Shown one piece after another: positions 16,599-26,206 of a stretch of DNA of 64,000 nucleotides. The notes under the pieces are model-generated. The model did not search any database and was not told the origin of the DNA. It saw only the letters and a program-made list of their open reading frames with translations. Source of the DNA: a virus (Duplodnaviria > Caudoviricetes). The DNA lies in the IMG/VR virus record IMGVR_UViG_3300042507_002545, positions 33,989 to 97,988 of that record; one strand, given 5' to 3'. Position numbers and translations under genes: made by a program. The first letter of the stretch is position 1. Each line of letters starts with the position of its first letter.

Positions 16599-17054
16599 AT
16601 GAGTTATCGTGTTATAGTATCCTCTAATGAGGATGGCTCGGTTATTTCTTTGAGTAAGAATAACCCCGTATATGGATACATTCGTGTATCACAAAAGCGT
16701 TTAGTTATTAATAGGAAGGGCTGGGTAAATATGAGAGAATTATCCGCACTTGTCCAAGCTGATGTTGAAACACTAAAGCAATTAGATTGGAAAGCAGGTC
16801 AAGAACTTAATGGTCACATTGTGATTAAAGAAAGTGTTGAGCCTTTTTCCCCAGAGAATTCTGATAAAGACCTTAAGATAGCAGGTGACAGCGATGTTAT
16901 TTGTAGCATTAATGGTCAACCAATTTATCGTAAATGTTTTTATGACCCTACTGCTAATGATACCGATGTATTAGTGCAACACGATAATTTGGAAGAAATT
17001 CGTAGTGCTATGGCGGTTGCTAAATTAGCAGAAGCAGACAACTTTACTTTGTAA
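16599..17054 (+). CDS. hypothetical protein (possible OB-fold ssDNA binder)
   Basis: 151 aa beta-rich; followed by a terminator. Confidence 0.55.
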   Translation: MSYRVIVSSNEDGSVISLSKNNPVYGYIRVSQKRLVINRKGWVNMRELSALVQADVETLKQLDWKAGQELNGHIVIKESVEPFSPENSDKDLKIAGDSDVICSINGQPIYRKCFYDPTANDTDVLVQHDNLEEIRSAMAVAKLAEADNFTL

Positions 17055-17079
17055 AGGGGGTAAGTTTACCCTCTTTTTT
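17053..17079 (+). terminator. intrinsic terminator
   Basis: AAAGGGGGTA-AGTT-TACCCTCTTTTTT. Confidence 0.65.
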
Positions 17080-17103
17080 GTATAAAAACCAACTCAAATA
17101 AAT

Positions 17104-17583
17104 ATGAATAACAAGTACACTTTTGCACAAAAGGTAGTTTACAAAGGTAAGATGCAGTCTTACCAGTTGTACGGTAATCCTGGCCGTAAACAGCAGGTGG
17201 TCTATGAAAAAGACGAGTTTAACGCACAACAGAATTTTCTGTATAAGCGTGTGTTGTTCGGATTAAGTGTATACTCCGAAGAAGAATTGACGAAAATGCA
17301 TTGGGATAAGAAAAAGCGTATCCAAAAGGTGCATAGTCGTGCGCAAAACGTTTTAAATATTTGGAAACATCAGCTTACTAATCAATGGACTGCTGACCTA
17401 TTGGGTCACCTGTTTTGGAATAGTAGCTTTGTTAAAGAATATAGTGAAAAATTTGTTAATGATATTGACCCTACGTATATTAGCAATCTAGAATTTAAAT
17501 CTCTAGGCGTTAGTAAGAAGGAAGTAATTAACAAATTGATAGAGGAAAAGGTATTACCTTATAATTTTTATCAACTAAAATAA
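17104..17583 (+). CDS. hypothetical protein
   Basis: 159-aa ORF. Confidence 0.65.
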   Translation: MNNKYTFAQKVVYKGKMQSYQLYGNPGRKQQVVYEKDEFNAQQNFLYKRVLFGLSVYSEEELTKMHWDKKKRIQKVHSRAQNVLNIWKHQLTNQWTADLLGHLFWNSSFVKEYSEKFVNDIDPTYISNLEFKSLGVSKKEVINKLIEEKVLPYNFYQLK

Positions 17584-17588
17584 ACGGC

Positions 17589-17900
17589 ATGAGACTCAGT
17601 GATTTAGATAACCGTGAGATTCTATTTATCTACTTTAGCAATAGAAAATGGTTAGATACCTATGAGGATATATTTGAGTATAAGTCAACAGAGGATGTGT
17701 TAAACATTCTTGACTTTGGTCAAATCCGTATTACTCAACCTCTTACTGATGAGGATATCGTAAAAATACAGGAATCTGATCATTTCATACTTGCTACTAA
17801 TATCAATAGGAAACTTGAGGATATAGTAGATATGATTGAAGAAGCGGATAAAGATCTATACGCTGATGTCAAAGGCTGCTTTGAAAAAGCCAAGATTTAA
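17589..17900 (+). CDS. hypothetical protein
   Basis: 103-aa ORF. Confidence 0.6.
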   Translation: MRLSDLDNREILFIYFSNRKWLDTYEDIFEYKSTEDVLNILDFGQIRITQPLTDEDIVKIQESDHFILATNINRKLEDIVDMIEEADKDLYADVKGCFEKAKI

Positions 17901-17903
17901 TCT

Positions 17904-18113
17904 ATGAAAACAACATTTATAATGAACGGGTCAACAAGACTTGTTCTCACTCCTGAGACGGAAGCCGAGGAGATTATGCTTAAGCAACTAACTAAACAAG
18001 ATAATATTATAACACAAGTAGGAGAGGGTAGTCATATTTCCCTTACCTATGGTAGTAATTCTATTATCATTATGAAGTCTGATAATGTTGCAAGCCAAAG
18101 CGAAGAAGTGTGA
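17904..18113 (+). CDS. hypothetical protein
   Basis: 69-aa ORF. Confidence 0.55.
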   Translation: MKTTFIMNGSTRLVLTPETEAEEIMLKQLTKQDNIITQVGEGSHISLTYGSNSIIIMKSDNVASQSEEV

Positions 18114-18507
18114 TGGGTGTGAAACCACCCAACCTATTTGGAAGAAAGAGGGTAAACAAAGGTTTTGTAAAGCCTGCTGGAGTAAACAATTTAAGGGTTT
18201 ATCTAGTACTAAAAAACCAACGGCAAAGAAACCTTTGTCCCCTCGCTCTTCTAAACAAGAAAAGTTAGATGTACTTTACAGTACTCTGCGTGGTACCTAT
18301 CTAAAAACTAATCCCATGTGTAAAGCTAAGTTGCCCGGTTGTCAGATTAATGCTACAGACGTGCATCATATGGTGGGAAGAATTGGTGAAAGGTTATTAG
18401 ATAGTACCAATTTTCTTGCAGTATGTAGGACTTGTCACAACTGGATTGAAGTTAACCCTAAAGAAGCTAAGTTACTTGGCTTCAGTAAATCAAGAGAGGA
18501 ATCATGA
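18085..18507 (+). CDS. Zn-finger/HNH-like endonuclease
   Basis: CxxC pairs, DVHH...N.LAVCRTCH. Confidence 0.75.
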   Translation: MLQAKAKKCDGCETTQPIWKKEGKQRFCKACWSKQFKGLSSTKKPTAKKPLSPRSSKQEKLDVLYSTLRGTYLKTNPMCKAKLPGCQINATDVHHMVGRIGERLLDSTNFLAVCRTCHNWIEVNPKEAKLLGFSKSREES

Positions 18508-18845
18508 TAATTAAATTTGAAAAAATACCTGATTTTGTTAATCTCAGATTAATAGAACCCACATGGCGTGGGGATAGTGGTGAACTTGTAGTTCATCATG
18601 AACTTACCAATGGTATACTTAAGATATGGGAAGAAGAAGTAAAGGATGGTGATATACTAACCTTTGAGATATCTCCTATACCTATTAACGGTGAGTCCTA
18701 TATATTTACCAAAGAGGGTAGTCCTAAAAGCATTGGTGGTTGTATGTATACAAATCCTAAAATAGGATTGCATTATATATGCGAACTACTACTTATGTAT
18801 GTAGGACCTGAATACCCCGAACATTTTTACATTAAGAAAAAATAA
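18504..18845 (+). CDS. hypothetical protein
   Basis: 113-aa ORF. Confidence 0.55.
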   Translation: MIIKFEKIPDFVNLRLIEPTWRGDSGELVVHHELTNGILKIWEEEVKDGDILTFEISPIPINGESYIFTKEGSPKSIGGCMYTNPKIGLHYICELLLMYVGPEYPEHFYIKKK

Positions 18846-18852
18846 AATAAGT

Positions 18853-19659
18853 ATGAAAAATTCTATAGAATTAGACGAAATAAGACAAGATAATAAGCCT
18901 TTTATTGCAGTTGAAGACAATGTTTTTTACGGCACAGCTGTAAAACAAGATTATACTAAGAACAACCAAGATGCGGTATATGTAGATAGCCAAAATGGTA
19001 TCTACTGTTTAGCAGATGGTATGGGTGGTGAGACTTCACCATTGCTATCACCTGAAGAGATGTCTAAATTTATTGTATCTAAGTTAGCAGGTTTAGAACC
19101 TTACAAAACTAGATTGCATAAAGCAATTGAACTACTAAATGAAAACCCTGAGATAACTGCTGATAATCTTATATCATATAACTTAAGTTCATTTAGTGGT
19201 AGAAATGTTTATTTGATGAGAGAATTACATCGTGCTATTAAAGAAAAAGAATGTCTTTTGCATGTGTATAATCAAAGAGCTGGTGCAACTACACTAATTG
19301 CTAAAAGAGTTAGTGATAACACCTATAACATATCTAAATCAGGTGATACTGTATTCTTTGTCGTAGATTCTAATAAAAATGTTAAGCAAGTACATGGTAT
19401 CTCTACAGATTTTATGACTACAGGTTATTTAGGTAGTGTTAATGACGGTGAGTTTTATTTAGATGAACCAGAGTTAGATGAGTTTACAGTTACTTTAGAA
19501 GAAGGTGATACTTTAGTTTTATCTACAGATTTCATTGAGACTGAAGAAGCAATTAAAGATTTCATTGATACCAACTTTGGTTTTGACATTGACTTTAGAA
19601 ACTTCCAAAGTAAGCATAAAGCAGATGATTCAACGTTTATAACTATCAAGTATGTGTAA
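18853..19659 (+). CDS. PP2C/PPM-family protein phosphatase
   Basis: NQDA, ADGMGG, GATT, GD, LSTD and DDST motifs. Confidence 0.8.
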   Translation: MKNSIELDEIRQDNKPFIAVEDNVFYGTAVKQDYTKNNQDAVYVDSQNGIYCLADGMGGETSPLLSPEEMSKFIVSKLAGLEPYKTRLHKAIELLNENPEITADNLISYNLSSFSGRNVYLMRELHRAIKEKECLLHVYNQRAGATTLIAKRVSDNTYNISKSGDTVFFVVDSNKNVKQVHGISTDFMTTGYLGSVNDGEFYLDEPELDEFTVTLEEGDTLVLSTDFIETEEAIKDFIDTNFGFDIDFRNFQSKHKADDSTFITIKYV

Positions 19660-20035
19660 TTTTAAAAAAGTAATTTTTAGTTTACTATTCTTACTTTTAT
19701 CATTTTGCTTAATAGCTCAAAATAATAGCCACAGTGCACGTGCAATAAGGTTTAGTCATACTGAAGATGATGCTTTTAATTGGGCAGAGTCTGTTAGTGT
19801 AGATATACCTATTATCATAACAGATAATATTCTAAACATATACACTGAAACACCACAAACATTTCGTATTACTGGTGATCCCGTAGATGTTGACAAATTT
19901 AGCAAGCAATGGTCTGCTATAGATGGTAACGATGTAACCTGCAGTATAAAATTTGTGAGTATAAATGCAAAATTCTTCTGCTATATATATTATGCAGATG
20001 TAGCTTATTTTTATCGAATAGCAGAGTATGAATAG
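19652..20035 (+). CDS. secreted hypothetical protein
   Basis: signal peptide ending LIA-Q. Confidence 0.6.
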   Translation: MCNFKKVIFSLLFLLLSFCLIAQNNSHSARAIRFSHTEDDAFNWAESVSVDIPIIITDNILNIYTETPQTFRITGDPVDVDKFSKQWSAIDGNDVTCSIKFVSINAKFFCYIYYADVAYFYRIAEYE

Positions 20036-21119
20036 AGAAGAAATTCAAAAGCAAGCGTTAGATACGTTAATTGCTAATAAAAGATGTGGTATTGCTGTAT
20101 CTATGGGAGTTGGTAAAACTCTCATAGGTCTACAGCATATTGCAACTAACTACTATGAAGAACTCAAAGTGTTAGTTGTAGCACCTAAGAAGTCTATATT
20201 TAAGTCCTGGGTTGAAGAGGCTGATAAGTTTAATATGTCTTATTTGAAAGAGCATATTAAGTTTACCACTTATTTATCTTTAGGGAAACAGGATTTAGAT
20301 TATGATGTCGTGTACTTAGATGAGTGTCATAACCTGTTAGAATCACATGAACCTTGGCTATCTCAGTACAAGGGTACTATTGTAGGTCTTACTGGTACAC
20401 CACCGCGTATTGCAAAGTCTGAGAAAGGACAAATGGTCGCCAAGTATTGTCCTATTAAATACCGTTACATCACTGATGAAGCAGTAGAAGATGGTATTCT
20501 AAATGACTATGAAATTATTATACATTTATTAGATTTAGATAAAAGCTTAACTTATAAGCAAAAAACTAAAAAAGGTTATTTTCCATCTTCAGAGTTAAAG
20601 AACTATAACTACTGGACTGAGAAACTAATGAATGCTAATGGTTTTAAAGAAGAACAAATACTTAGAGTAATGCGTATGAAATCTATGATGGGTTACCCCA
20701 GCAAAGAGCGCTATGCTTTAAAATTGTTCAATGCTATAACTGATAAGGTTATATTGTTTGCTAATACACAAGAGCAAGCAGATAAAATGTGTAAGTATAG
20801 TTATCATAGTGGTAATAAAGGTTCTGAAGTTAATCTCGAGTTGTTTAAGACTGGTGACATTGATAAGTTAAGTTGTGTATTGCAGCTTAATGAAGGTGTA
20901 AACATACCTAATCTTAAACAGGGTATCATTATGCATGCATATGGTAATGAACGCAAGTCTGCTCAAAGACTTGGTCGTATGTTGAGATTAAACCCTAATG
21001 AAAAAGCAGTGATTCACATATTGTGTTATGATAATACAGTGGATACTACATGGGTTCAGAATGCTTTAGAGCAATATGATGACACAAAAATTAAATGGAT
21101 TAAAGCAAATGAACAGTAA
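20028..21119 (+). CDS. superfamily 2 helicase
   Basis: GVGKT, DECH, TGT, EGVNIP, QRLGR. Confidence 0.9.
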   Translation: MNREEIQKQALDTLIANKRCGIAVSMGVGKTLIGLQHIATNYYEELKVLVVAPKKSIFKSWVEEADKFNMSYLKEHIKFTTYLSLGKQDLDYDVVYLDECHNLLESHEPWLSQYKGTIVGLTGTPPRIAKSEKGQMVAKYCPIKYRYITDEAVEDGILNDYEIIIHLLDLDKSLTYKQKTKKGYFPSSELKNYNYWTEKLMNANGFKEEQILRVMRMKSMMGYPSKERYALKLFNAITDKVILFANTQEQADKMCKYSYHSGNKGSEVNLELFKTGDIDKLSCVLQLNEGVNIPNLKQGIIMHAYGNERKSAQRLGRMLRLNPNEKAVIHILCYDNTVDTTWVQNALEQYDDTKIKWIKANEQ

Positions 21120-21348
21120 TTTACCCACTGGTGCAGAACAAGATGTTAATGCACCTTGGAATCAAGTAAGTGATTTATGTAAGAATTGCGACAGAGATAT
21201 TATTAGAGGTATGGCTTATGAGTCAACACCTGATGAGTCCGATGTCGATGAACATTTTGAGGCAATGCTTGAAGAAGCAGATATATGCCGTGATTGTTTT
21301 AAAGAAGAACAAGCAGATGATGATGACTGGTGTAACTGGCGAGACTAA
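21109..21348 (+). CDS. small Zn-binding hypothetical protein
   Basis: P.GA..D..APWN motif, two CxxC. Confidence 0.55.
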   Translation: MNSNLPTGAEQDVNAPWNQVSDLCKNCDRDIIRGMAYESTPDESDVDEHFEAMLEEADICRDCFKEEQADDDDWCNWRD

Positions 21349-21619
21349 AACTGTTGAACTTGAAGATGTAAAGCTTGATCTGTCCTTTATGGAGGACAGC
21401 AAGCTCATCTTGTTCAATGATGACCACAATAGCTTTGATAAAGTTATTATGGCTCTTATTGTATACTGTCAAATCTCTAGTGCTAAGGCTGCAGAGATTA
21501 CTATGAAAGTACACAATGACGGTAAAGCTGTAGCAAAGTATGGTCCTCGTAAAGACCTGGAAGTTATAGCTGGTATATTTGGTGAACTAGATTTAACCTG
21601 TGAAATAGAAGACCCATGA
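21317..21619 (+). CDS. clpS: ClpS-like N-degron adaptor
   Basis: LILFNDDHNSFDKV...AAEITMKVHNDGKAV. Confidence 0.85.
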   Translation: MMMTGVTGETKTVELEDVKLDLSFMEDSKLILFNDDHNSFDKVIMALIVYCQISSAKAAEITMKVHNDGKAVAKYGPRKDLEVIAGIFGELDLTCEIEDP

Positions 21620-21843
21620 AACCAGGAGACTACTACATAGATGATTACTATGAGCCAGATACTATTGTAGTAAAGATTACTGATCAAGATACTGCTGATG
21701 GTTACACATGTAGAGTTGTTTATTCAAGTGATCCTGGCCGTATGAGAATAGGTGAAAAGGTATCACGTTATTCAGATGACGAGGACCTTATACCAGTAGC
21801 TATGATCACCATAGATAATAAAGTAATACTAATTAATTTATGA
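21616..21843 (+). CDS. hypothetical protein
   Basis: 75-aa ORF. Confidence 0.5.
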   Translation: MKPGDYYIDDYYEPDTIVVKITDQDTADGYTCRVVYSSDPGRMRIGEKVSRYSDDEDLIPVAMITIDNKVILINL

Positions 21844-22133
21844 AAAGTAAAAGACTAACTGATGATGAAATGGTGAAAGATATAATCAACACCATGTTTA
21901 TTATAGCTGGTCATGATGTATCCTATGAGGACATTAAAGACCGTAAGGACAAATGGTATGAGCAATGGACCATGACTCCTGAGCAGGAAGAAAAGTGGAC
22001 GGAGTGGATGGTAACCTACTTACGTAAGCATAGAAGGCTCGCTGTTAAGTATGCTCAGAGATCTGCTTCTATGTATAACCTGATGTGGGGCCTTAAGGTC
22101 AACCGTCCTGAACTAGAACAAGAGAATGAGTAA
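21840..22133 (+). CDS. hypothetical protein
   Basis: 97-aa Trp-rich ORF. Confidence 0.6.
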   Translation: MKSKRLTDDEMVKDIINTMFIIAGHDVSYEDIKDRKDKWYEQWTMTPEQEEKWTEWMVTYLRKHRRLAVKYAQRSASMYNLMWGLKVNRPELEQENE

Positions 22134-22335
22134 GTATATCCTATGGGCTATAGCCTTTTTATTATTGCTAGATTGTGCAGGTACAATAGCAATGTATATG
22201 GTCTGGAAAGACAAGCCTCTTGAGAGAGAGGACTACCAAATGTTTAAAGCTGTTTATATACCAAGAGATACCGTATATGTAGATCCTATTACTATAGGTA
22301 CAACTACTGATCCTACGGATGAGGAACTAAACTGA
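22126..22335 (+). CDS. small membrane protein
   Basis: N-terminal TM. Confidence 0.5.
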   Translation: MSKYILWAIAFLLLLDCAGTIAMYMVWKDKPLEREDYQMFKAVYIPRDTVYVDPITIGTTTDPTDEELN

Positions 22336-22370
22336 ATGTGTTGTATATTTGTTAAACTAAAAAACCAATT

Positions 22371-22643
22371 ATGAAATTGCACGGAAAAAGAATTCTCATT
22401 GAGAAGCCTATTAAACCTGAGTCTCAGGTATTGTTAACAGCAGAATCTGAAGCTGCTATGGAACAAGAGTGGATGAAGAGCTGGACTAAGCTTAAGGTAC
22501 ATGCTACCGGATCTGATTGTACTAATGTACAACCAGGAGATTTGGTATATGTAGGAAACGCGTTAGCTAACTCTGAGATTATTGACATTGATGGTAGCTT
22601 ATACTTTCTTGTTAACGAGGCTGCGGTATGCATAACGTGGTAG
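22371..22643 (+). CDS. groES: GroES-like co-chaperonin
   Basis: MKLHGKRILIE...V.A.G.D...VQPGDLVY...I.IDG..Y.LV.E; TATATTTG (Bacteroidota -7 box) at 22344-22351. Confidence 0.75.
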   Translation: MKLHGKRILIEKPIKPESQVLLTAESEAAMEQEWMKSWTKLKVHATGSDCTNVQPGDLVYVGNALANSEIIDIDGSLYFLVNEAAVCITW

Positions 22644-22801
22644 ATACATTAAAGGAACTAATAACGCAGATGGATAATCTACGTAATAATAAAACAGTTC
22701 CTTATCTTAACCCATACAAGGGTATAGATGATTGTGTTGATCTAGTTAACCGTAAAATACGTGAGCTTGAAAGAAAAAAGCCTAATCAAGAAAGTAACTA
22801 G
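22628..22801 (+). CDS. small hypothetical protein (57 aa, not in the track)
   Basis: MHNVVDTLKEL...; fills the gap between GroES and SPL. Confidence 0.45.
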   Translation: MHNVVDTLKELITQMDNLRNNKTVPYLNPYKGIDDCVDLVNRKIRELERKKPNQESN

Positions 22802-23648
22802 AAAGCAATTAAAGATTACTGAATCTGGCCGAAGCACGGACTTCATTGCTCCTAGCTTTGGCCACGGTTGTCTTTATAACTGTAGTTACTGTTATATGAA
22901 ACGCCACCGTCCTACGGGATTACAGGTGGCAGATAATGTAGATGATGTATTACATGCTATAACTGAACACTACTCTGACATAGTTTACTCGCCTTGGTAT
23001 AAACAGAATAAGCCTAACCAAACTGATGATCATGATATAACGTATGATATAGGTAGCAATGAAGATCTTGCTTTACATGCTAAGTACTATGACATAGACC
23101 ATATTTTTAAAACTGTATATGGTAGAACATATCTTAAATTCTCATTTGCTACTAAGTATGTAAACTATGATTTACCTAATGTTTTTCATGGTATTAGAAT
23201 TAGATTTAGTCTTATGCCGCAGAAGTATGCGGATGTGCTAGAGCCCGAAACCAGTTCTATTATAGAAAGGATTCAGGCTATAGATAAGTTTATAGATAAG
23301 GGTTATGAGGTTCACATTAACTTTAGTCCTGTAATTGTAACAGATACTTGGTTAGATGATTACCGAGATTTGTTTATGCTTGTTGATGAGCATGTTACAA
23401 ATAAGGATAAAGTAAAGTGTGAGGTTATATTCCTTACTCACAATGAGAAGAAGCATAACTACAATCTTGCTAATGATATACCCGGCGAGGACATGTTGTG
23501 GAGACCTGAGATTCAAGAAAATAAGATATCAGGTAACGGTGAATTAAATATTCGCTACCAACATAAACTTAAGTCTGAGTATATTTATCAATTCAAAGCA
23601 TTGCATGGTATAATCTTACCGTGGAATACAATACGTTATATTTTTTAA
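22761..23648 (+). CDS. spore photoproduct lyase-like radical SAM protein
   Basis: GCLYNCSYCY (CxxxCxxC), FATKY, RIRFSL.P, ERI.AI, HINFSPVI. Confidence 0.8.
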   Translation: MSLKEKSLIKKVTRKQLKITESGRSTDFIAPSFGHGCLYNCSYCYMKRHRPTGLQVADNVDDVLHAITEHYSDIVYSPWYKQNKPNQTDDHDITYDIGSNEDLALHAKYYDIDHIFKTVYGRTYLKFSFATKYVNYDLPNVFHGIRIRFSLMPQKYADVLEPETSSIIERIQAIDKFIDKGYEVHINFSPVIVTDTWLDDYRDLFMLVDEHVTNKDKVKCEVIFLTHNEKKHNYNLANDIPGEDMLWRPEIQENKISGNGELNIRYQHKLKSEYIYQFKALHGIILPWNTIRYIF

Positions 23649-23649
23649 G

Positions 23650-23958
23650 ATGAAAACACAATATAAAAATCGTTATGGTGATATTATCACCTTTGAAAAA
23701 AAAGATAATGTTATAGAGATGAGTGGGTTTACTGAGCACTACCGTGTAGGTGGGTGGCCTGGTGAGACAGAGATGCCTAACTATAAATTCTCTATGATTG
23801 ACCCTAGTGGTGGACCATACATTACTGCGCAAGCAGAGTGGCATGGTGAAGAGATGAGCGGTACAGATATGGGATCATTTCTATATGATTGGCAAGGGCT
23901 CAAGATAGAGTACATTACAGTAGAAGATGGGCTAGCTAAATTACATTTATGCAATTAA
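23650..23958 (+). CDS. hypothetical protein
   Basis: NRYGD...DPSGGPYI motif. Confidence 0.6.
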   Translation: MKTQYKNRYGDIITFEKKDNVIEMSGFTEHYRVGGWPGETEMPNYKFSMIDPSGGPYITAQAEWHGEEMSGTDMGSFLYDWQGLKIEYITVEDGLAKLHLCN

Positions 23959-24293
23959 CAGAAGAACATTTAGATAGAGTCAAGATTGCTAATCTTGTAG
24001 TGTGGCTACAGATGGCGGTATTTGCCGCAGATGAGACTGCTCATATTAAATGGTTTAATAGGCATAAAACTAAGAATGTTTTAAATAACTTTAATGATAT
24101 CGTGATTAAAGAACATGGTCCATTACTGAAATCATTCTGGGATATACCTGACCAAATAGACATGGTAGAAATGTCTAATAGATTAAGTAAATTTGCAGCC
24201 CTTATAACCGATATGGACTATGAGGACATGCAAGAAAGTATTGAATTAATAGAAAAATATTTAAAAGAAAAAAGAAATGGTAACAGTAATTGA
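23949..24293 (+). CDS. hypothetical protein
   Basis: 114-aa ORF. Confidence 0.6.
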   Translation: MQLTEEHLDRVKIANLVVWLQMAVFAADETAHIKWFNRHKTKNVLNNFNDIVIKEHGPLLKSFWDIPDQIDMVEMSNRLSKFAALITDMDYEDMQESIELIEKYLKEKRNGNSN

Positions 24294-24585
24294 TATTTGT
24301 GTATTAACAGGCGCTGGCCTAGTAGGCGGTATCTGTGTAGGATTGCTTATAAGAGATAAGCAAATTAAAAATCTTAAGGAAGAAGTAGAGTCTGGAGACA
24401 AATCATACATGAACTTAGCAGATAGTTATATGGAGTTGTTCAGCTCACATAGAAATCTTAAGTTAGCTAATGCTAAGAAGGAGGTTGCTAAGCGTGGACC
24501 GGGAAGACCTAAAGGAAGTACTAATAAATCTAAGAAAGATGGCAAACCAACTACCCGTAAGTATACGCGCAAAAGTAGTAAATAA
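24277..24585 (+). CDS. TM + coiled coil + AT-hook protein
   Basis: N-terminal TM; KRGPGRPKGS. Confidence 0.6.
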   Translation: MVTVIDICVLTGAGLVGGICVGLLIRDKQIKNLKEEVESGDKSYMNLADSYMELFSSHRNLKLANAKKEVAKRGPGRPKGSTNKSKKDGKPTTRKYTRKSSK

Positions 24586-24913
24586 GAACTTAGAGATAGA
24601 TCCTTTGGGATCTGCTAAGCTAGGCTTATTTATTAAAGGATTGCAAGATGGTGAAAGAGTTATTATTACCTATGAAGTTCAAACTGAAGATGCTAGCTAT
24701 GCTCAAATAAGCAAAGTACATAAGCACATTAGAGAACTTGCTAACTATACTGGAGATTCATTTGAGGATATGAAATTACAAGTTAAGTTACGTGCAGGAC
24801 TTTGCACTGACACTAATTGTAAGTCATTTTCGGAATGTGATAAAGAAGAATTATCTATGGCTATTCAGGCGTCGATTGAGATTGGGGAGTTGGTGGGGTT
24901 TTCTCTATACTAA
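24539..24913 (+). CDS. hypothetical protein (NinB-like, weak)
   Basis: Q..KVH..IRELA..TG....MK...S....KEEL...I pattern. Confidence 0.5.
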   Translation: MANQLPVSIRAKVVNKNLEIDPLGSAKLGLFIKGLQDGERVIITYEVQTEDASYAQISKVHKHIRELANYTGDSFEDMKLQVKLRAGLCTDTNCKSFSECDKEELSMAIQASIEIGELVGFSLY

Positions 24914-25208
24914 TACGCTCTCCAGTTTCTAAATCTATTTCAATTTCTTCCATTAAACCTTGCTCTTCAGCAAGATCTTCTAGTAGAACTTGAAATGCCA
25001 TGACGGTATATACATGGTAGGCAAGTGGGGTTTCCTGCTTGCCTTCCTTTAAATCCGCCATTATCTGTTTAAAATGTTCCTGGTCTTTGTACTCAAAGTG
25101 TTCAGCAAGCATTTTGTTGAATCTATAATAGAAAATACCCGGTATTTCAGCTTTGATAATTTTATTTTTATCAATGATCTTTACCTTTTGTGTTTTCTTC
25201 TCAGACAT
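24861..25208 (-). CDS. hypothetical protein, only minus-strand gene in the plus block
   Basis: MSEKKTQKV...; fills an otherwise empty 320-bp gap. Confidence 0.65.
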   Translation of the reverse strand: MSEKKTQKVKIIDKNKIIKAEIPGIFYYRFNKMLAEHFEYKDQEHFKQIMADLKEGKQETPLAYHVYTVMAFQVLLEDLAEEQGLMEEIEIDLETGERISIEKTPPTPQSQSTPE

Positions 25209-25230
25209 AGGATTTAATTTATACAAACTT

Positions 25231-25932
25231 ATGACTCAAGAAATTAATATACAAGAAATTAGCCAAAAACTTTATGACAAGGTAAAGGACAAAGGATGGA
25301 ATAAGCTTCGCACTTTTTTGTTATCATCTGATATGGATGATATCTTAGAAAAATTAGTGAAAGAAGTTGAGCAAAATAAACGCTTTACTCCCCCTGTTAA
25401 AAATTTATTTACCGCTTTAGAAAAATGCCCTATAGATAATGTTAGAGTAGTTATTATAGGACAAGATCCCTATCCACAATTAGGTGTTGCGGATGGTATT
25501 GCGTTTAGTTGCAGCAATACAGGTAAGATTGAGAAGTCATTACAGTATATGCATAGTTCAATTAAAGATACTGTTGATGCGGAATATGTAGGAAGTCCTG
25601 ATTTGTCCCCTTGGGCAGAACAAGGCATACTTATGTTAAACTCAGCATTAACCACAACTATTGGCAAACCAGGTACACACCAAGAATTATGGCAGCCGTT
25701 TGTTGCTTACCTCCTAGATATACTAACACATCACAAGGATGGTTTAGTATATGTATTCTTAGGTAAAAAAGCACAAGAATTTGCTGATATGGTACCAGAT
25801 AGTAATCATAAGATTATGGTATCTCATCCTGCTAGTGCTGCATATAGTGGAAGTAAGTGGGACTGCAATAACATGTGGAATAAAATAAACAACTACTTAC
25901 ATGAGAAAGGACGAGAACCCATATCCTGGTAG
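25231..25932 (+). CDS. ung: uracil-DNA glycosylase (family 1)
   Basis: GQDPYP, GIAFS, WAEQGILMLN, SHPAS. Confidence 0.92.
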   Translation: MTQEINIQEISQKLYDKVKDKGWNKLRTFLLSSDMDDILEKLVKEVEQNKRFTPPVKNLFTALEKCPIDNVRVVIIGQDPYPQLGVADGIAFSCSNTGKIEKSLQYMHSSIKDTVDAEYVGSPDLSPWAEQGILMLNSALTTTIGKPGTHQELWQPFVAYLLDILTHHKDGLVYVFLGKKAQEFADMVPDSNHKIMVSHPASAAYSGSKWDCNNMWNKINNYLHEKGREPISW

Positions 25933-26206
25933 AATTAAGATTAAGATTGTACTTGACCCAAACTTTGGCGAGGTGCAATTTGAAATAGAAGAAACTAATA
26001 TTAAGAACAAGTGTCTATTTGATGCATTATCCGAACATGGTATTGAGCTTGAAAGAGCTAAGTATATTGCACAAGATATGGCCAAGTGTACAAACACTGG
26101 TAAGTTTTATCATTTAGAACCAATAGATTATGTAAAATATGGCAGAGAAAGACGTTATGAAGCTGAGGAGCAATATCAGGCAAGATTTGGCCCAGCTAAA
26201 CTATGA
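25901..26206 (+). CDS. hypothetical protein
   Basis: 101-aa ORF. Confidence 0.55.
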   Translation: MRKDENPYPGRIKIKIVLDPNFGEVQFEIEETNIKNKCLFDALSEHGIELERAKYIAQDMAKCTNTGKFYHLEPIDYVKYGRERRYEAEEQYQARFGPAKL

